Positions 37,412 to 50,500 of a stretch of DNA of 64,000 bases are shown here, in pieces. This DNA comes from Takakia lepidozioides. Its lineage: Eukaryota; Plantae; Bryophyta. Position 1 is the first letter of the stretch; each line of letters starts with the position of its first letter. The stretch spans positions 10,416,001 to 10,480,000 of the forward strand of contig CM060731.1 of NCBI GenBank assembly GCA_030704615.1. Reading direction: 5' to 3'. The translations under genes were made by a program, and so were the position numbers. A model generated the notes under the pieces. It saw only the letters and a list, made by a program, of their open reading frames with translations. It did no database searches and had not been told where the DNA came from.

Positions 37412-40400
37412 CTATTTCATGAGCCCATGAGCCCATGAGCCTATGAGCCTATGAGCTCATGAGCGGGCATCCGCGGAATTGGAATTTTCATGCCTTTAAC
37501 GACGGTATTATGTCCTCATACCTCGATAATAGGGTCTGTTTCTCCTGGTCCAAGATGCGGAATGAGGTACTTCAGTACCGTTATTCCACGTCACCACTGT
37601 AAAACATTGTGCAGGACAGGAAAGAGACACAAAATCTTAGCCCTCACAAGCCATTGTGCTGACAAGGTAATATATTTAGGGTCAGACGACAGTTCAACTT
37701 GCAAACCCCATTCAACTCAACATCAAGCCCACATTGACATGACGCTCGAAATAAAAACATCAGGCAACCACAAGTTTTTATTTTGTATAGCGACTACTCT
37801 GAGCTTCCATCATCAGAAATACCACTGCGGCATAAGAAACCTGTGGAACTACCATATCCCGGAGCCTGTGCCCTCCAATCACCCTCCACAATGATCCTTA
37901 CCGTGCTATGCTACTGCGTTGACATCCACAACACGAACCACTGAGTCGTCATATCACAAGTCCAGAATTAGGAGTGGTGCGGTAGTCGTCCACTGCGCAG
38001 TGCCATTTTCTGGATTAAGATGGCGAACATAAAGATACAAGATATCTATAGAGGTCACGTTCGTGAAAACATGCAGATATTGGAGGCCTCCTCCACAGCG
38101 TCGTGAAATTCGCAAACATCTAGGACAAACCTGTTCCGATTCTCCCTTAGTGTCAACAATATATTCCCTGGCCCAGAAGAGTGAGTGAGCAACTCAAGAG
38201 CCCTATCCGGGAGCAAATACTGTGGAGGTGCAGTATAGTTATGGTAGTAAGACCTCCAGAACTCGCCGCAACAACATCTCATGATGAAGAGACGAACACT
38301 CCGTCTTCCAGGTCTATCTCACACAACAAGTATCCACTGTTGTCCACTGGCAGACCTCACCCAAAGAGAATCCCACATAAGTGCTCGGAAACTCGTCACC
38401 CTGCGTGTACCTTCACTGAAGTCCAACTCCACCATAATGTCTCCCATCACCGGCTCAAACAATCGCGATCCTCGAATCCCGCTCCGTCGAATGTAGAAGG
38501 CATTTACATAGGGCGGCATTGAGGAAGTGTGCGCCCACCGGGAATGGAGAGGGACAAGTAATCATTGTTGTTTTTCAACACGGAGATGCAAACATTGAAA
38601 ACCCAATGCGGAACACCCTCTCACGTGATCTTCTCTGGGGCAACGGCAATACGTGCCCCCATTGGCCGGCAACGGCTACCCACACAGGCGATCGAAAAAA
38701 ACTAGGGCTAGAAGGGGCTTGACAGAGAAGGTGCCACGACATTATGGGAAGAAATTGTGCTAAAACCACCGGTGTCCTAAAACCACCGACCTTGGTATTT
38801 CGGCGCCAAAATTCCCAAGAGCAGTGTGCTAAAGTGGTGTTTTGAAGACATCCACCGGGGTATTTCGGCGCCGAAATTCCCTTTTGAAATGTGATATATT
38901 GGCGTATTTTATGGCGCAGAGCGGGCTATTTCGGCGCCGAAATACCCAAGTGGAATGTGCTGAAGTGCCTTGTGTTGAAGGCTTCCATCGTGATATTTTG
39001 GTGCAGTAATTCCTACGTGAAATTTTATAAGGCCCATATTATGAAGGCGCACACTTGGCTATTTCGGCGCCGAAATTCCCAATAGGAATGTTAGAAACGA
39101 CAGGGTTTTCATGGCTTCAAGTTCGCGGTTCGCTGGTGTGCATAAATTACTTGTAGGGTTCTTTACTTAAGTTTGCGTCTCTTCTGCTTTTATTATTACA
39201 TTGTGGTTTGCGGAAGAAATGTAGGGAATCGGACATGCAGTCTGAACACAATGATTTCAGAAATCGTCAATATTTTCATTAAGTGTTTCAGAACTGTACA
39301 ACAAAAGGATCCAAATGAGACTTTGCTATGGCGAGGATCCGCGATCACTGTCCGATGCATCCCCGGCCTCATGCAAGGATGGCTGCCTTCCACCTGCCTC
39401 CGAACCTGCACTACCGCTACCACTGTTACTCTGAGAAGCCCTCCCCTCAAAAATACCATCCTCACCAGCTGGAACTGTCCACCTGGGTGCGGAACTGTCC
39501 TCATCATCCCCCTCGCTCTCAGACGCGGATTCTATGACGAACTTGCCTATTCTGCCTTTCACAATTCCATGTTTGGCCTCACGCCTCATTATAATTCTCT
39601 GCTCATTCCCGAATATCAATTGCTCAAACCGAGTAGGCCTATCCTCCCTCCTGATGGCTTCTCTTGCAGCCGTGTCTGCATAGGCTGGTAGAAAAAAAAG
39701 CTTCTGGGGACTCGCGAGAAACGATTTTCTGGCAAAAAATGGCCGATGCGATTCTGTCTCCTCCTCTGCAACAGGGTCCGATTCGGGCAAGTCTCCCAGC
39801 ATTTCCTCGTCGGACGACTCTGCAAAGCTGAGTGTACGCACAAACACAGAATGAATCACATTAGAATATTCAAATAGGGAATCATCGGCAGGTTGCATGG
39901 TCCCTACAACCGAAACCAATACACTTTTTATGGTGCAACTCACTCAAAGACAGGCATTGCAGGAAGCGGCTTCGGGCGCCCCTGCATCGGACAAATTTCC
40001 TGGACTTCCTCCTTCTCTTCTTCCTCCTCCCCTTCCACGTCCTCTTCTGCGTTTTTGGGATCCTCAGTCGGAGGCAGACGATGTAGGCCCGCCAAATTGA
40101 AATCGTACAATGTCGTATCCCCCTTAAATGAGAACACAAATCGGTTGGACATCCTTCCCGCCCACATACAGGCACCTGCAAATTCATACGACACAACCAC
40201 AGCCAAAGTCAAGAATGACTCGCTTCCTCGCGCAAGCAAATATAGACAATCGAAAACGGTGTCAATTTCGGTGCCGCAATCACTTAACGCTCTCACCTGT
40301 ATTAGCAGTGACGTCAAGGACCCTGCCTTCAACATCCATACACGTTTCCATGAGCGTCTGGATGAATGCAGGACTCCTGGTCCTGCCATACCTCCAAGGC

Positions 40401-42147
40401 TTGCCCGACAAATCACAAAGCATGTCCTTCTCTCCCACATGGTTGAACATGACGTTATACTCCAGTGGATCAACTGTGGAATCAACAAGTCTGCCTGCTT
40501 GACGTAATTTGAATTTTGAATGTTCCTTTGCCTGAAAGATAAGAGTCTACAAAGAAGGAAAGGAGAACGTGAGAGGTGGCCTACACATACATAGGCAATT
40601 TCGGCGTAGAAATTGGCAGAACAGAGGAGAACCGCATCATACCTTCTGACCATCATTGAGAAGACCCTGCGTGTTGATGCAAGTCCAGATCTTTTTTCAG
40701 GATGGGTGCTGCACTTCTCCCCATCCATACTTTGATATCATTCTCAGTGACTTCTCCATCGGCTGCTAGCACAACAACACAGCCATCGTCATCCAACATG
40801 TTGGCTGCGAACCCGAATGTGTGGCTCCAGTATCTTTCATCATACTTGTTCCACCAGGGTAGTAAGCCCAGCCCCAGTATCTCCTGCCCATCCGGGATAT
40901 CCACAAGGATCATGTCGATGGAGGCTTTCACCGCCCTGCCCCCGACTGTGCTCTTTTTGCCGTGGCTCATTGCCACAAAATACTCCATCATCTTTGTGTA
41001 GCCGGGAGTATCATCCATATCATTGCCAGTGGCCTTCCTCTTCTCCTTCCCCTGGTGGGCCTCGATCGCCTTCCTCAATCTCGTTTTCTCCAGCCTTCTG
41101 GTCAGAGCAGTTAGGAAATTTTCAATAACACACTCCACAATTGTGGGTGTTTTGAGGACTTCCCTGCCCGCAATGTCCACCGCACGGTAGGGTTTGCCAG
41201 GTGCATCCTTGTATAGTGATCTCTTCGCAGCCGAACCCCCGGAGCGCTGGCCTTTGTGAATTTTCGGACGAGGTGTGGCCCCCTGGGTATTATCCTGCTG
41301 GAATTCGTCGTCGGAATCCTCGTCATCTGGCTGACTATGTTGCTGCTTCTTCTTCTTGGGTGTGGGGGTCTTCGTCTCTTGCCCCTATTTGCGCGTTCTT
41401 TTCTTCCTATCCTTGGGCTGCTCAGCTGCCTGCTTCTCCATCTGCTCCTTCGCCAACGCTGCCACCTTGGCTGACTTTCTCAGTGATTTCTGCTTGGCTG
41501 CCTCCTCTGCTTTCAGTCTTTCCGCGTCCTCTGGTTGGGGATCCGATTGCGCCTTCATAGCCCTGGCATTTGCTTCCTTCTTCAAGTTAACCTCCGAGAG
41601 GTCAACGGTCCCACTTGGGAGATCCACATACCAGGGACAGTCTACCAAATGCTCGGCATGCCACTCCTTCGCCATTACTTCTGTGTACATCGTACCACGA
41701 CCTCCAGATGTCCTCCATGCCAAGAAGAATGGTGGAACCCTTTGAATGGCTCCGGACGGAATGAGTGCAAAGTTTATGTACCTGCAATCACGAGGCAGTT
41801 CAACAAAAATCATTCTACTGATGCATCATGCAAGAGGAAGTTCTCAATGCATAAGGAATTTCGGCACCGAAATACGCAGTGGACCGTGCCCTAATTACCC
41901 AGCACTCACATCTTGCAGAGGTATATTTCGGCGCCGCAATACCCACCGCTACTTAGCTAAATCCTCAAAACTGCAAATAGGGGGATGCATTGGCAGCAAA
42001 TTACCTGAATAGGACACGCATTGCCGCTTTGTCGGCACCCTCCTGCTCTTCGATGTATACGTTGCGTCTTGCCTTTGCAATTTCTCTAAAAAACAGGTTT
42101 GCGAAGCGCCCTCGCCAGGACTGCACGTAGTTCTCCATTGTCTCCGG
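37412..42147 (-). mobile_element. DNA element copy 1 (cargo end only), interrupted at 42148 by an LTR
   Basis: Terminus CTATTTCATGAGC plus short ATGAGC repeats shared with 47304. TTTCGGCGCCGAAA-like palindromes at ~38797-39075. Carries the homologous MTase gene. Confidence 0.7.
39326..42147 (-). CDS. Beta-class amino-(N4C/N6A) DNA methyltransferase-like gene, copy 1 (5' part lost at the LTR junction)
   Basis: SIDMILVDIPDG (motif IV, 40887-40901), NMLDDDGCVVV (VI), GKPWRYGRTRSPAFIQTLMETC (VIII/X), and RVLDVTANTG|ACMWAGRMSNRFVFSF (I/II) across intron 40176-40296. Intron 41782-42004 is conserved with copy 2. Confidence 0.72.
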
Positions 42148-42578
42148 TGTCGTGCACATACGTATCGCTACACAACTACATCGCTGTCCAAACTACACCA
42201 CACATATATGCACAATAAAGTAATCTGCCACAATGATTGAAACTAGATTCACACTGTTGACACAAAAACACTCAATACAACACAATCACTCATTAAAACT
42301 AAGAGTCGAGCCAGGGGCACCCCAAGCTATGGGGACTCCACCCCAACAACATCCTATTCTTCTTTCATAAGCACACTCAGATTCTAAGCAGAGAAGGAGC
42401 TCGGTCGTGCAGCTCAACTCGAGAGAGATGAGCCGCACGACTGACGCTCTCGTGAAGATAAGACGGTTCAGGTGTCAAACTAAACTTGACAGCTGTCGTG
42501 CGCATACGTATCGCTACACAACTACATCGCTGTCCAAACTACACCACACATATATGCACAATAAAGTAGTCTGCCACA
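42148..42578 (-). repeat. 3' LTR of a Gypsy element, with an ~85-bp direct repeat at both of its own ends
   Basis: TG...CA ends. 42148-42232 is nearly identical to 42494-42578. PPT-like AGGGGGGCG (minus strand) lies immediately inside. Confidence 0.7.
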
Positions 42579-44098
42579 ATCGCCCCCCTAGCTGGTGGAT
42601 AGGTCCCTCTAACTCCAGATAGCTACAAGATGTAATAGCCACAGCCGTACTAAGTCCTCTATCACTATCCATATTGTACTCAAACTCTATAGACCAAGAG
42701 GCCGGGTACAAGAGTAGCCCCATCGTTAGTCGCCGTCTTGCAATGTGTGAACTTGAGCCAGGATCTCGTGTATTCAAGGTCTTCTAGTAGCTTGGCCTTG
42801 CATTTCTTGTTAGCCTTCCATGGTTGTATCTACTCCCACTATCCAATGCAATGCGGACATAACCAATCCCCATCAGGAACCATCTCAAGAGGTGGAGTCA
42901 AGCATCCCATATGCCAACCTCTAGAGCATCGATCATACACCAACATGGTGGCTGCCCCTCTAGCAGACCCACACAACATGCACCTCAAACTTGCAGGTAC
43001 CACTGCCAGGTTTGGGTCAATCCTGCCATCGACATTCGGAAGGTGACATGGCGCACAATTACGCACATGGTCCTTCCAAGTTATGCCATCCAAGATCAAG
43101 ACGCCTGAGGGCAAAACCCTCAAAATAACACTTCATGCAGTCACATTTAAGGTCGTAGGAGCAGTCTACTGCAGATAGACATAGTCACCAGGGTTGAATC
43201 TCCGAACCCCAACACGATAGCCCCCACCACGTATGGTAGCATACCTCAACGTATCACGATGTTGTGCAATGGAAGGTTCTCGAAAGCCATGGGCATGACT
43301 TTCTTGAACAACTCTGCACGCTGCTCACATGCACGTGCCCACACGTCCGGATCGTCAAGGTTAAGAACTGTAGCAGCTTACAAATGGATGTAGGAAAATC
43401 CGGCTCTCAGCCAAAGATAAGAAAGTATGGTGAGTAGGAGGCAAGTGATGCTTGCTTGCTGAACCTGTAGCCCATGGCTAACCAGGGTAACTGAAGGTCC
43501 CAATCTCCTAGGTGTCCCTTCTGCAAGCCATACTTGTGCAAACCCCTCTTTACTGTCTGAACAATCTTTCTGCCAAGCCATCGGCCTCAGGATGATCCCG
43601 AGAAGTGGTGCGGTGGTCTACCAAGGCCTTGTCACACAAAGCCTGAAACTCCCCCAAGAACTCTCTCCCTTGGTCCGTGAGTACCTCAGCTGGAGCACCG
43701 AATCGGCCAAGTACACAATCCAAGAATGCATACGCAGCTTCCTCACTAGCCTTATCAGGCAATGGAACCAACTCGATCCACTTGAAGAAGTGCTCCACCA
43801 TCACCAACACGTACTTGTTGTGGCGCATGGTCAGTGGCAATGGCCCTGCGAAGTCAAGACTCCACCTGTAACCCAATCCCATGACCGGAAGAGGGTCCGA
43901 TTGTGGAGTAGGGGCGTTGAATGAAGCACGCACCCTGTCACACACCATGCACCTAGCCACAAATTGTTGCACCTCTGTGTGCATACCACGCCACCAATAC
44001 TGCCCCTGCAGTAGACTATGAGTGCGTCGCACCCCAAAATGCCCCAACTCCTCGTGGGCATGCCGCACTAACCGTGCCCGCTGTGTTGGGTGAGGCAC
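42579..44098 (-). mobile_element. Gypsy integrase with C-terminal PHD finger (degenerate)
   Basis: HEELGHFG..YWW..CMVCD zinc finger; WSLDFAGPL, LTDQGREF, DGLAER (DDE). ORF 42839-43123 gives CMLC..YDRC..WHMGC LTPPL..W LCPHC. Confidence 0.88.
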
Positions 44099-47000
44099 TG
44101 TTAGAGGGCTGCTTGGGACTTGGACGCTTTTATGGGTTCTGTGGGGTACCCTTAATTTTGCGCAGACTGAGACCAACAAGAGCCTTAGGGGTGACAGCAG
44201 CGGGCTTTAGGAGGGGGGGGGGGGGGGGGGTTACACAGCCCGACATAGCCCGTCACAGCCAGACACAGCCCGACATAGTCCGTCACAGCCAATCACAGCC
44301 GACACAGCCTGACACAGCTTCGCACAGCCGACACAGTCCGTCACAGCCAATCACAGCCGACACAGCCTGACACAGCTTCGCACGGCCGCCACAGCCCGTC
44401 ACAGCCAACACAGCCCGACACAGCCAGTCACAGCCCGTCACAGCCAACACAGCCGACACAGCCAGTCACAGCTCGACACAGCTTGACACAGCCTGTCACA
44501 GTACATGGGGAACAGTTATCAATGGCAGGGAACGACATCTGCAGAAGGAACATGATACTTCGGGGATAACGGTTAATTAGTTAGGTGGTTAGAATAGCTT
44601 GCGGGCAGATAAGGGGAGGGGCAACGGAAAGATGACACTTCACGGGGGGGGGCGCTTCTTGGTGGGAACGAAGAGGAGATCAGGCGGAGAGCAAGAACGA
44701 GAGCACGGAGTAGGAGGAGAGATGAACAATAGATGCTTTATTTTATGCAGAGTTGTAATGATACTGTAGGGCGGATTAGAGTCAATTGACATTGGCCTAG
44801 TACCTGATAAATCGTAATCTGATACTTATTCGATACAAGCACACTGTGTAGAGAGACATGAGTGAAGCTGTGAAATGAATGCATGATTAACTGGAACTAA
44901 GAAGATACTGAAGCAATCTGATGTTTCAGTATCAGATAAGGTAAATTGATAACATGAAGGCAAGAAGGAATACAAAAGGGAAGCACAACCATGATTCACT
45001 AGCTGCAGGTCATGACTGATTGTACTGAGCAGGCTGAATGCTTAGAGACAGGAACTCCAGTTTCTGAAACGGAAGGTGAAGAAGGAGGAGAGGATGTGGC
45101 AGAGCCAACAGAGAGTTCAGACTCTCCAACACCATTGCAGTTGAGTTACATGAGTGAAGAAGAAAACCAAGGGCAGTACTTGGAGGATGAAAACAGAGAG
45201 AAGAAATTGGAAGAGGAAGAATATGAAGAAGTAGACCCAACAGCTGAGGTTGAGACTACAACCAGGACATCCCAACCCGTTGGACCTGGATCAAGTGGAG
45301 CACTTGGATCACAGGCCAACGAAGGTGTCGGCTCAGGGGATCAGGCGGGCTGCCTGGATCTGGCTCTGGGGGACACGGGAGTTGTGGGAAGTAGTGCAAC
45401 TGGAGCTGGGAATACTGTGAATACCGTGGGGCCAGTAGCAGGGAGTGCTCAGGGGCCACCAATTGGTGGAAGATCCATCGCAACTACAACAGGTCCTCAA
45501 GGACTAGCACCAGCAAGGGGGCCAGCATCTGTCAGTGGGCAGAAGGTAGGGCCAGATGGCGTTACAACCAACACGGGCAAAACCACATTTTCCAATATAT
45601 TCAGGAAAAGGGGATCCCGATGTACACATTAGCCAATTTGAGCACATGTGTATTGTGAACAATGAGAATGGCGAGGATGCCAAGATGAGATTATTTCCTT
45701 GTTCACTTATAAAGAAAGCAAATGAATGGTATGCAAGATTCCCTGATAATCATTTCCTAACCTGGAATGGCTTGAATACAACATTCCGAAATAGGTTCAG
45801 GACAAGTAAAACTGAGGATGAAGTGTATGGAAGTTTACAACAGTTAAAGCAAAAGAAGCATGAAACTGTTGAGGAGTATATGGAAAAAATGGAATTGATG
45901 ATGAAAAGCTGGCTGCTGTACCAGCACCAGGTTTACAGAAGACTTGGTTTGTGAGTGGACTAAGACCAGAGTTGCAGAAGAAAGTGGATATATTACCCCA
46001 TAATACAGTGGAGGAGGCATTTGAAATAGCAAACAGAATTGAGCAATTGGGAATGCTCAGGAGAGAGAAAAAGGATGATGAGGACTCTGAGGATGAGTCA
46101 GATGAAAAAGAAAAGCAAGAGCTGAAAAGCAAGAGTAAGAGAAAGGAGAAGTTGAAGAGGGATAACTATGAGAAAAGATTAGAAGAAATCTTGAAGAAGT
46201 ATGCCCACAGAGGCTGCAACACATTGGAGAAAGGGTGTTTGGTGTGCAAAGTGCCAGAATGAAGGCCATACACCACTGAATGCCACATGAGGAGAAACAT
46301 TGTACTATCTGTAAGATGGATAACCATTCTACTGAGAATTGTTACTACAACACAGAAGGACAGCTGCAAGAGAACCTAGGCAAGTAAGGGTGCATCAAGT
46401 GCAGCCCCAGCCAAGAAGAAACAGTGATCAGGACCACTATGGTAGGCCTGGTGGTTATAACAATGTTATGGAAGGGAGATGTAATCCAAGAGGAAATTAC
46501 CAAGGAAATTCCAGAGGCAACTATCAGGGTAATCCAAGGGGGAATTACCAGCCAGGGAATCAGGATTACAGAAATAATCCTAGAGCAGACCAAGGCGAGG
46601 ACCCAATGGTGAAGAACTGTGTTACTATTGTAATCAGGCAGGACATCGCAAGGCAGCCTGTTCATTCTGGATTAGACACCAGAATGAGATGAGAGCTCCT
46701 GTGAATGAGGGCCCAGTGGTGGCAACTCACATGGTTAGGCCATGTGTTGTACCAGAAGTAAGTACAATGATAGTAACAAGAAGCAAAGCCAAACTAATAC
46801 CTCCAGTAGATGAGGAAAATAATGATAATGAAGATGGCAGTGATGTGCTTGAAGATGATGAGGCTTGGAGGGATGAGAAAGAACTGCACAAGGAAGTGGC
46901 AGATACCATAAGGGAATTGTAGAAGAGTACTGATATTCCTATGGCAGATTCCTCTGATTCTGAAAGAGAAGAGGAAGTGAGTGAGGATGAAGGGAAGAAA

Positions 47001-47303
47001 GAAGCTGCAGACATGCAGAGTAATGAAGGGACTTTGGCTGAAGTAATATGCCAGTCCAAAGCAGAGATTATCATTGGACAACTATTGGCCGTGGCACCTT
47101 ATTGTAGACACAGGCTGTATCAAGCAATCAATCGAATTGCCATGTGACAGGAAACACAGACCTGAACAGCAAGGTGACTTGTTTAGATGTGAAGCCGGAA
47201 GGGCGAGAAACAGTCATGGACTTTGATGATTCTATGCCAGTAATCCAATTGAGAATTGGAAGCACAGAACTAACTGATGTACTGATAGATGGAGGGGGGG
47301 CTG
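44099..47303 (+). mobile_element. Gypsy element: 5' LTR (44099-~44791), gag and start of protease, interrupted at 47304
   Basis: TGTTA...TGACA followed by TTGG (PBS-like). Gag YSGKGDPDVHISQFE, CYYCNQAGHRKAAC knuckle, GNPRGNYQ repeats. Protease TDVLIDGG is cut off by the DNA element terminus. Confidence 0.82.
44233..44500. repeat. Tandem CACAGCC/ACACAGCC minisatellite inside the LTR
   Basis: More than 20 degenerate ~10-bp units (gacacagcc/gtcacagcc) following a poly-G run. Confidence 0.9.
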
Positions 47304-47546
47304 CTATTTCATGAGCGGCATGAGCATGAGCGGAAAAAAAAAAAGCATGAGCGGGCCAAATTGTGTCCACGGAAATAGGTTAGGTGGCACGGAAATAGGT
47401 CATGTGGACTCGTCATAGCAATGAAATGCAACATTTTATTGCAAATTTGGTGGCAAGCCACGTCTATACAAGTGTATCCTAACTGTCATAGCAGGAATGG
47501 GAACTACTCTCCTACACCTTCCGAGGAACTTGGCCCTCCTTCTTCC

Positions 47547-50500
47547 TCATCCCCTCATCCCCCCATCCTCCGAGCTCTGTGATGCATCGGTTGCACTATG
47601 CCTCTCAAAAATGTCGTCCTCTCCTTGGGGGATTGTCCACCTCACCTCCTGGGAATCTTCTGCCTCTTCTCCCCCACTTTCCTCAACAGAATCCAACACA
47701 AATCTACGAGCCCGACGGGCTCTAATAGCTGCTGCCTCCTCCCTCATCTTCATTTTCTTGAGGCTTGCCTCGTCTAAAATCTGCTGTACACGACTAGGTT
47801 CGGAACACCTCCTAATGGACACCGAAGCAAGCCGGGCAGCATAAGTAGGAAGGATGTAGTCCCTTTCCGGACTAGGCATGAATCCCCCCCTGGCAAAAAA
47901 AGGCACGTTCCTCCTGCCCATGAACTCCGGTGTAGACGTCCCTCCTGCCGTACTTGGCATCCTACAGTAAGAACAAATCCACTTCAAGAATGTCAATACC
48001 AGCAGAAGCAGAAAGGGTTTTCAATGAAATAAGAGAGCGAAGGGAGGTGCCTCACGAAATCTGGAGGCAACTTACAATGCGACCACTCACTCGTGCACCG
48101 GGGGCTCCTCGGCCTCGATCCCAACTTGTTCCTCCCCCTGCTCCTTCTCGGATTTTTCCTCATCCTCCGAGGATGCCTCTTCCTCTTTCGGCAGACGTTC
48201 AGCCGCTGCAAGTTCCGAGTTGTGGAGGGCAGTATCTGGCTCGAAGGCGAACACATGCATGTCGGACAACGTCCCTGCCCACATTGAAGCACCTGAGGAA
48301 CAAAGCGGGCAGTTAATAGCTTGCGGCATGCAATTGCAAATCGGGCCAGGGGACAAACTGAGAACGTGAAGGCTTACCCGTGCCGCATGTGAGGTCTAGA
48401 ATCCGCCCTTGGACATCCGAGCACGTCTCCATGAGGGTTTGGATGAAAGCAGGGCTCCGGGTCCGGCTGTACCGCCACGGTTTGCCTGTCTTTGTGTCCT
48501 TCAACATACTGGAGTGGGGCACATAGTTGTAGAGGACATCGTAGGTAACAGGGTCCATAGCGGCATCAACAAGACGACCGTCGTTGCGGAATTTGAACGT
48601 AGACCCTCTCTTCACAAAGCAATATGCCTCAAACACCAATGTCTGCACATCCAACAAAATAGGGATCAACTCCGGGATCTTGTTTAGATACACCACAATA
48701 TGAGGTGAATGCAATAGATTGATAACTTACACTTTGGCCCTCTATTCGTAACCCCTGTGTATTGATGCAGAACCATTTTATGAGGAGGACCGGGGTGACA
48801 TTTTTCGGTGTCCACCTTGCCACCGCATTCTCTGTGGTCTTCCCTCTGTGGCAAGGACAACCACACATCCACCGTCATCCAGAAGCATCCCCGCCAGCCC
48901 AAACCCGGCTTTCCAGTAGTCCTCAGTAAACCTGTTCCAGGTGGGCACACCATCCAAGCCCTCCAGCAGCTCCCCATCTGGAATGTTGAGGAGAATCATG
49001 TCGCAAGCTCTCTCCACCTCAACCCCCCCCCCCCCAGTGCTCTTGCAATCCGTGCTCACAGCCGTGAAGAATTCCATCATGGCTTCAAAACCAGGGGTGT
49101 CTTTAGGCTCTGTACCGGCAGCCCTCTTCTTGGCTTTCCCCTTCTGCTCCGCCAGAGACTTGATGTGTGCCACCTTCTTCGCCCTGGCAGCGAGAGCGTC
49201 AAGGAAGCTCTCATTGACGCATTGGATGATGGTTGGAGGTTCTAGCTTTGGCCTATGCGTAAATGTCACCGCCGAATACCGCCGTGTAGGCTCGCCCTCA
49301 AATGCCAACTTCTTGGCAGAGCCAGTCCCACTCCGAACTGACTTGGGAACCCGGACGACCGGTGACTGGGTAGCAGCAACAGCAGTCGCAGGACCTTGAA
49401 CAAAGTCGTCGTCCGAGTCACTCTCTTGGGTCCCCTCCTGCGCCTGCTCCGATGCCCCGATGGTTTTCTGTTTTTTGGTGTTACTGCACTCACCTGTTTC
49501 CTTGTCCTTTTCCTTTGGCCTTTACTCTTCTCATTCAATTTCTCCTGAATTCATGCCTGAGCAAGCTCTGCCGCTTTCCTGGAGTTCGCAAGCGCTTTTG
49601 CCTCTTTTGCGCCCAGCGGAGGCAGCGGAGCCCGGTTTCGTCGGGCCTCAGCATCCAACTTCAATTGAAACTTGGATGGGTCGAGCATGCCGGGCGGAAG
49701 GTCCACATACCAAGGGCAATCACGCAAATGTTCCAGATGCCACTCCTTCACAATATCGTCAGTGTACATGGAGTTAGCCCCAGGGTTCCTCCATGCCAGG
49801 AAGAATGGTGGCTCGAAAGAAAGATGACCTTTCTCCAAAAGGGAGAACTTGCAGTACCTGCATTCATGAAAAACACAATGAGGTCTCTGAACTGCAAATT
49901 CGGCACCATTTTCCCAGGTTGGGGCGGATCTGAGTGGGCCTAGAAATGGAAAAATGGCGCCGAATTTCGGTTTTCGGTGACTGCCACCCTAGGGACTTAG
50001 CCATCTTGGGAGCCCTGAACTGGAAATTCGGCGCCATTTTTCCCGGTTTGGCCCGAAGATGGCTGTCCCAGAACGGCAATAGGGCCTAGAAATGGAAAAA
50101 TGGCGCCGAATTTCCAGTTCAGGGCCAGCCACCCTAGGACTTAGCCATTTTCGGAGCCCTGACTGGAAATTCGGCGCCATTTTCCCAGGTCCGGCCCGAA
50201 AATGGCTAAGTCCCAGAACGGCAATAGGCCCAGAACTGGAAAAATGGCGCCGAATTTCCAGTTCAGGGCCAACCACCCTAGGCACTTAGCCATTTTCGGA
50301 GCCCTGACTGGAAATTCGGCGCCATTTTCCAAGGTCCGGCCCGAAAATGGCTAAGTCCCATATGCCTTGACTGGAAAAATGGAAAAATGGCGCCGAATTT
50401 CCAGTTCAGGGCCAGCCACCCTAGGGACTTAGCCATTTTCGGAGCCCTGATCTGGAAATTCGGCGAAAAATGCAAGGACTGAAAGGAAGGCATCGCGTAT

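Noticed and set aside
47304-47345. Helitron 3' end
   Set aside because: The minus-strand end is AATAG rather than CTRR, no Rep/helicase was seen, and the linked enzyme is MULE-like.
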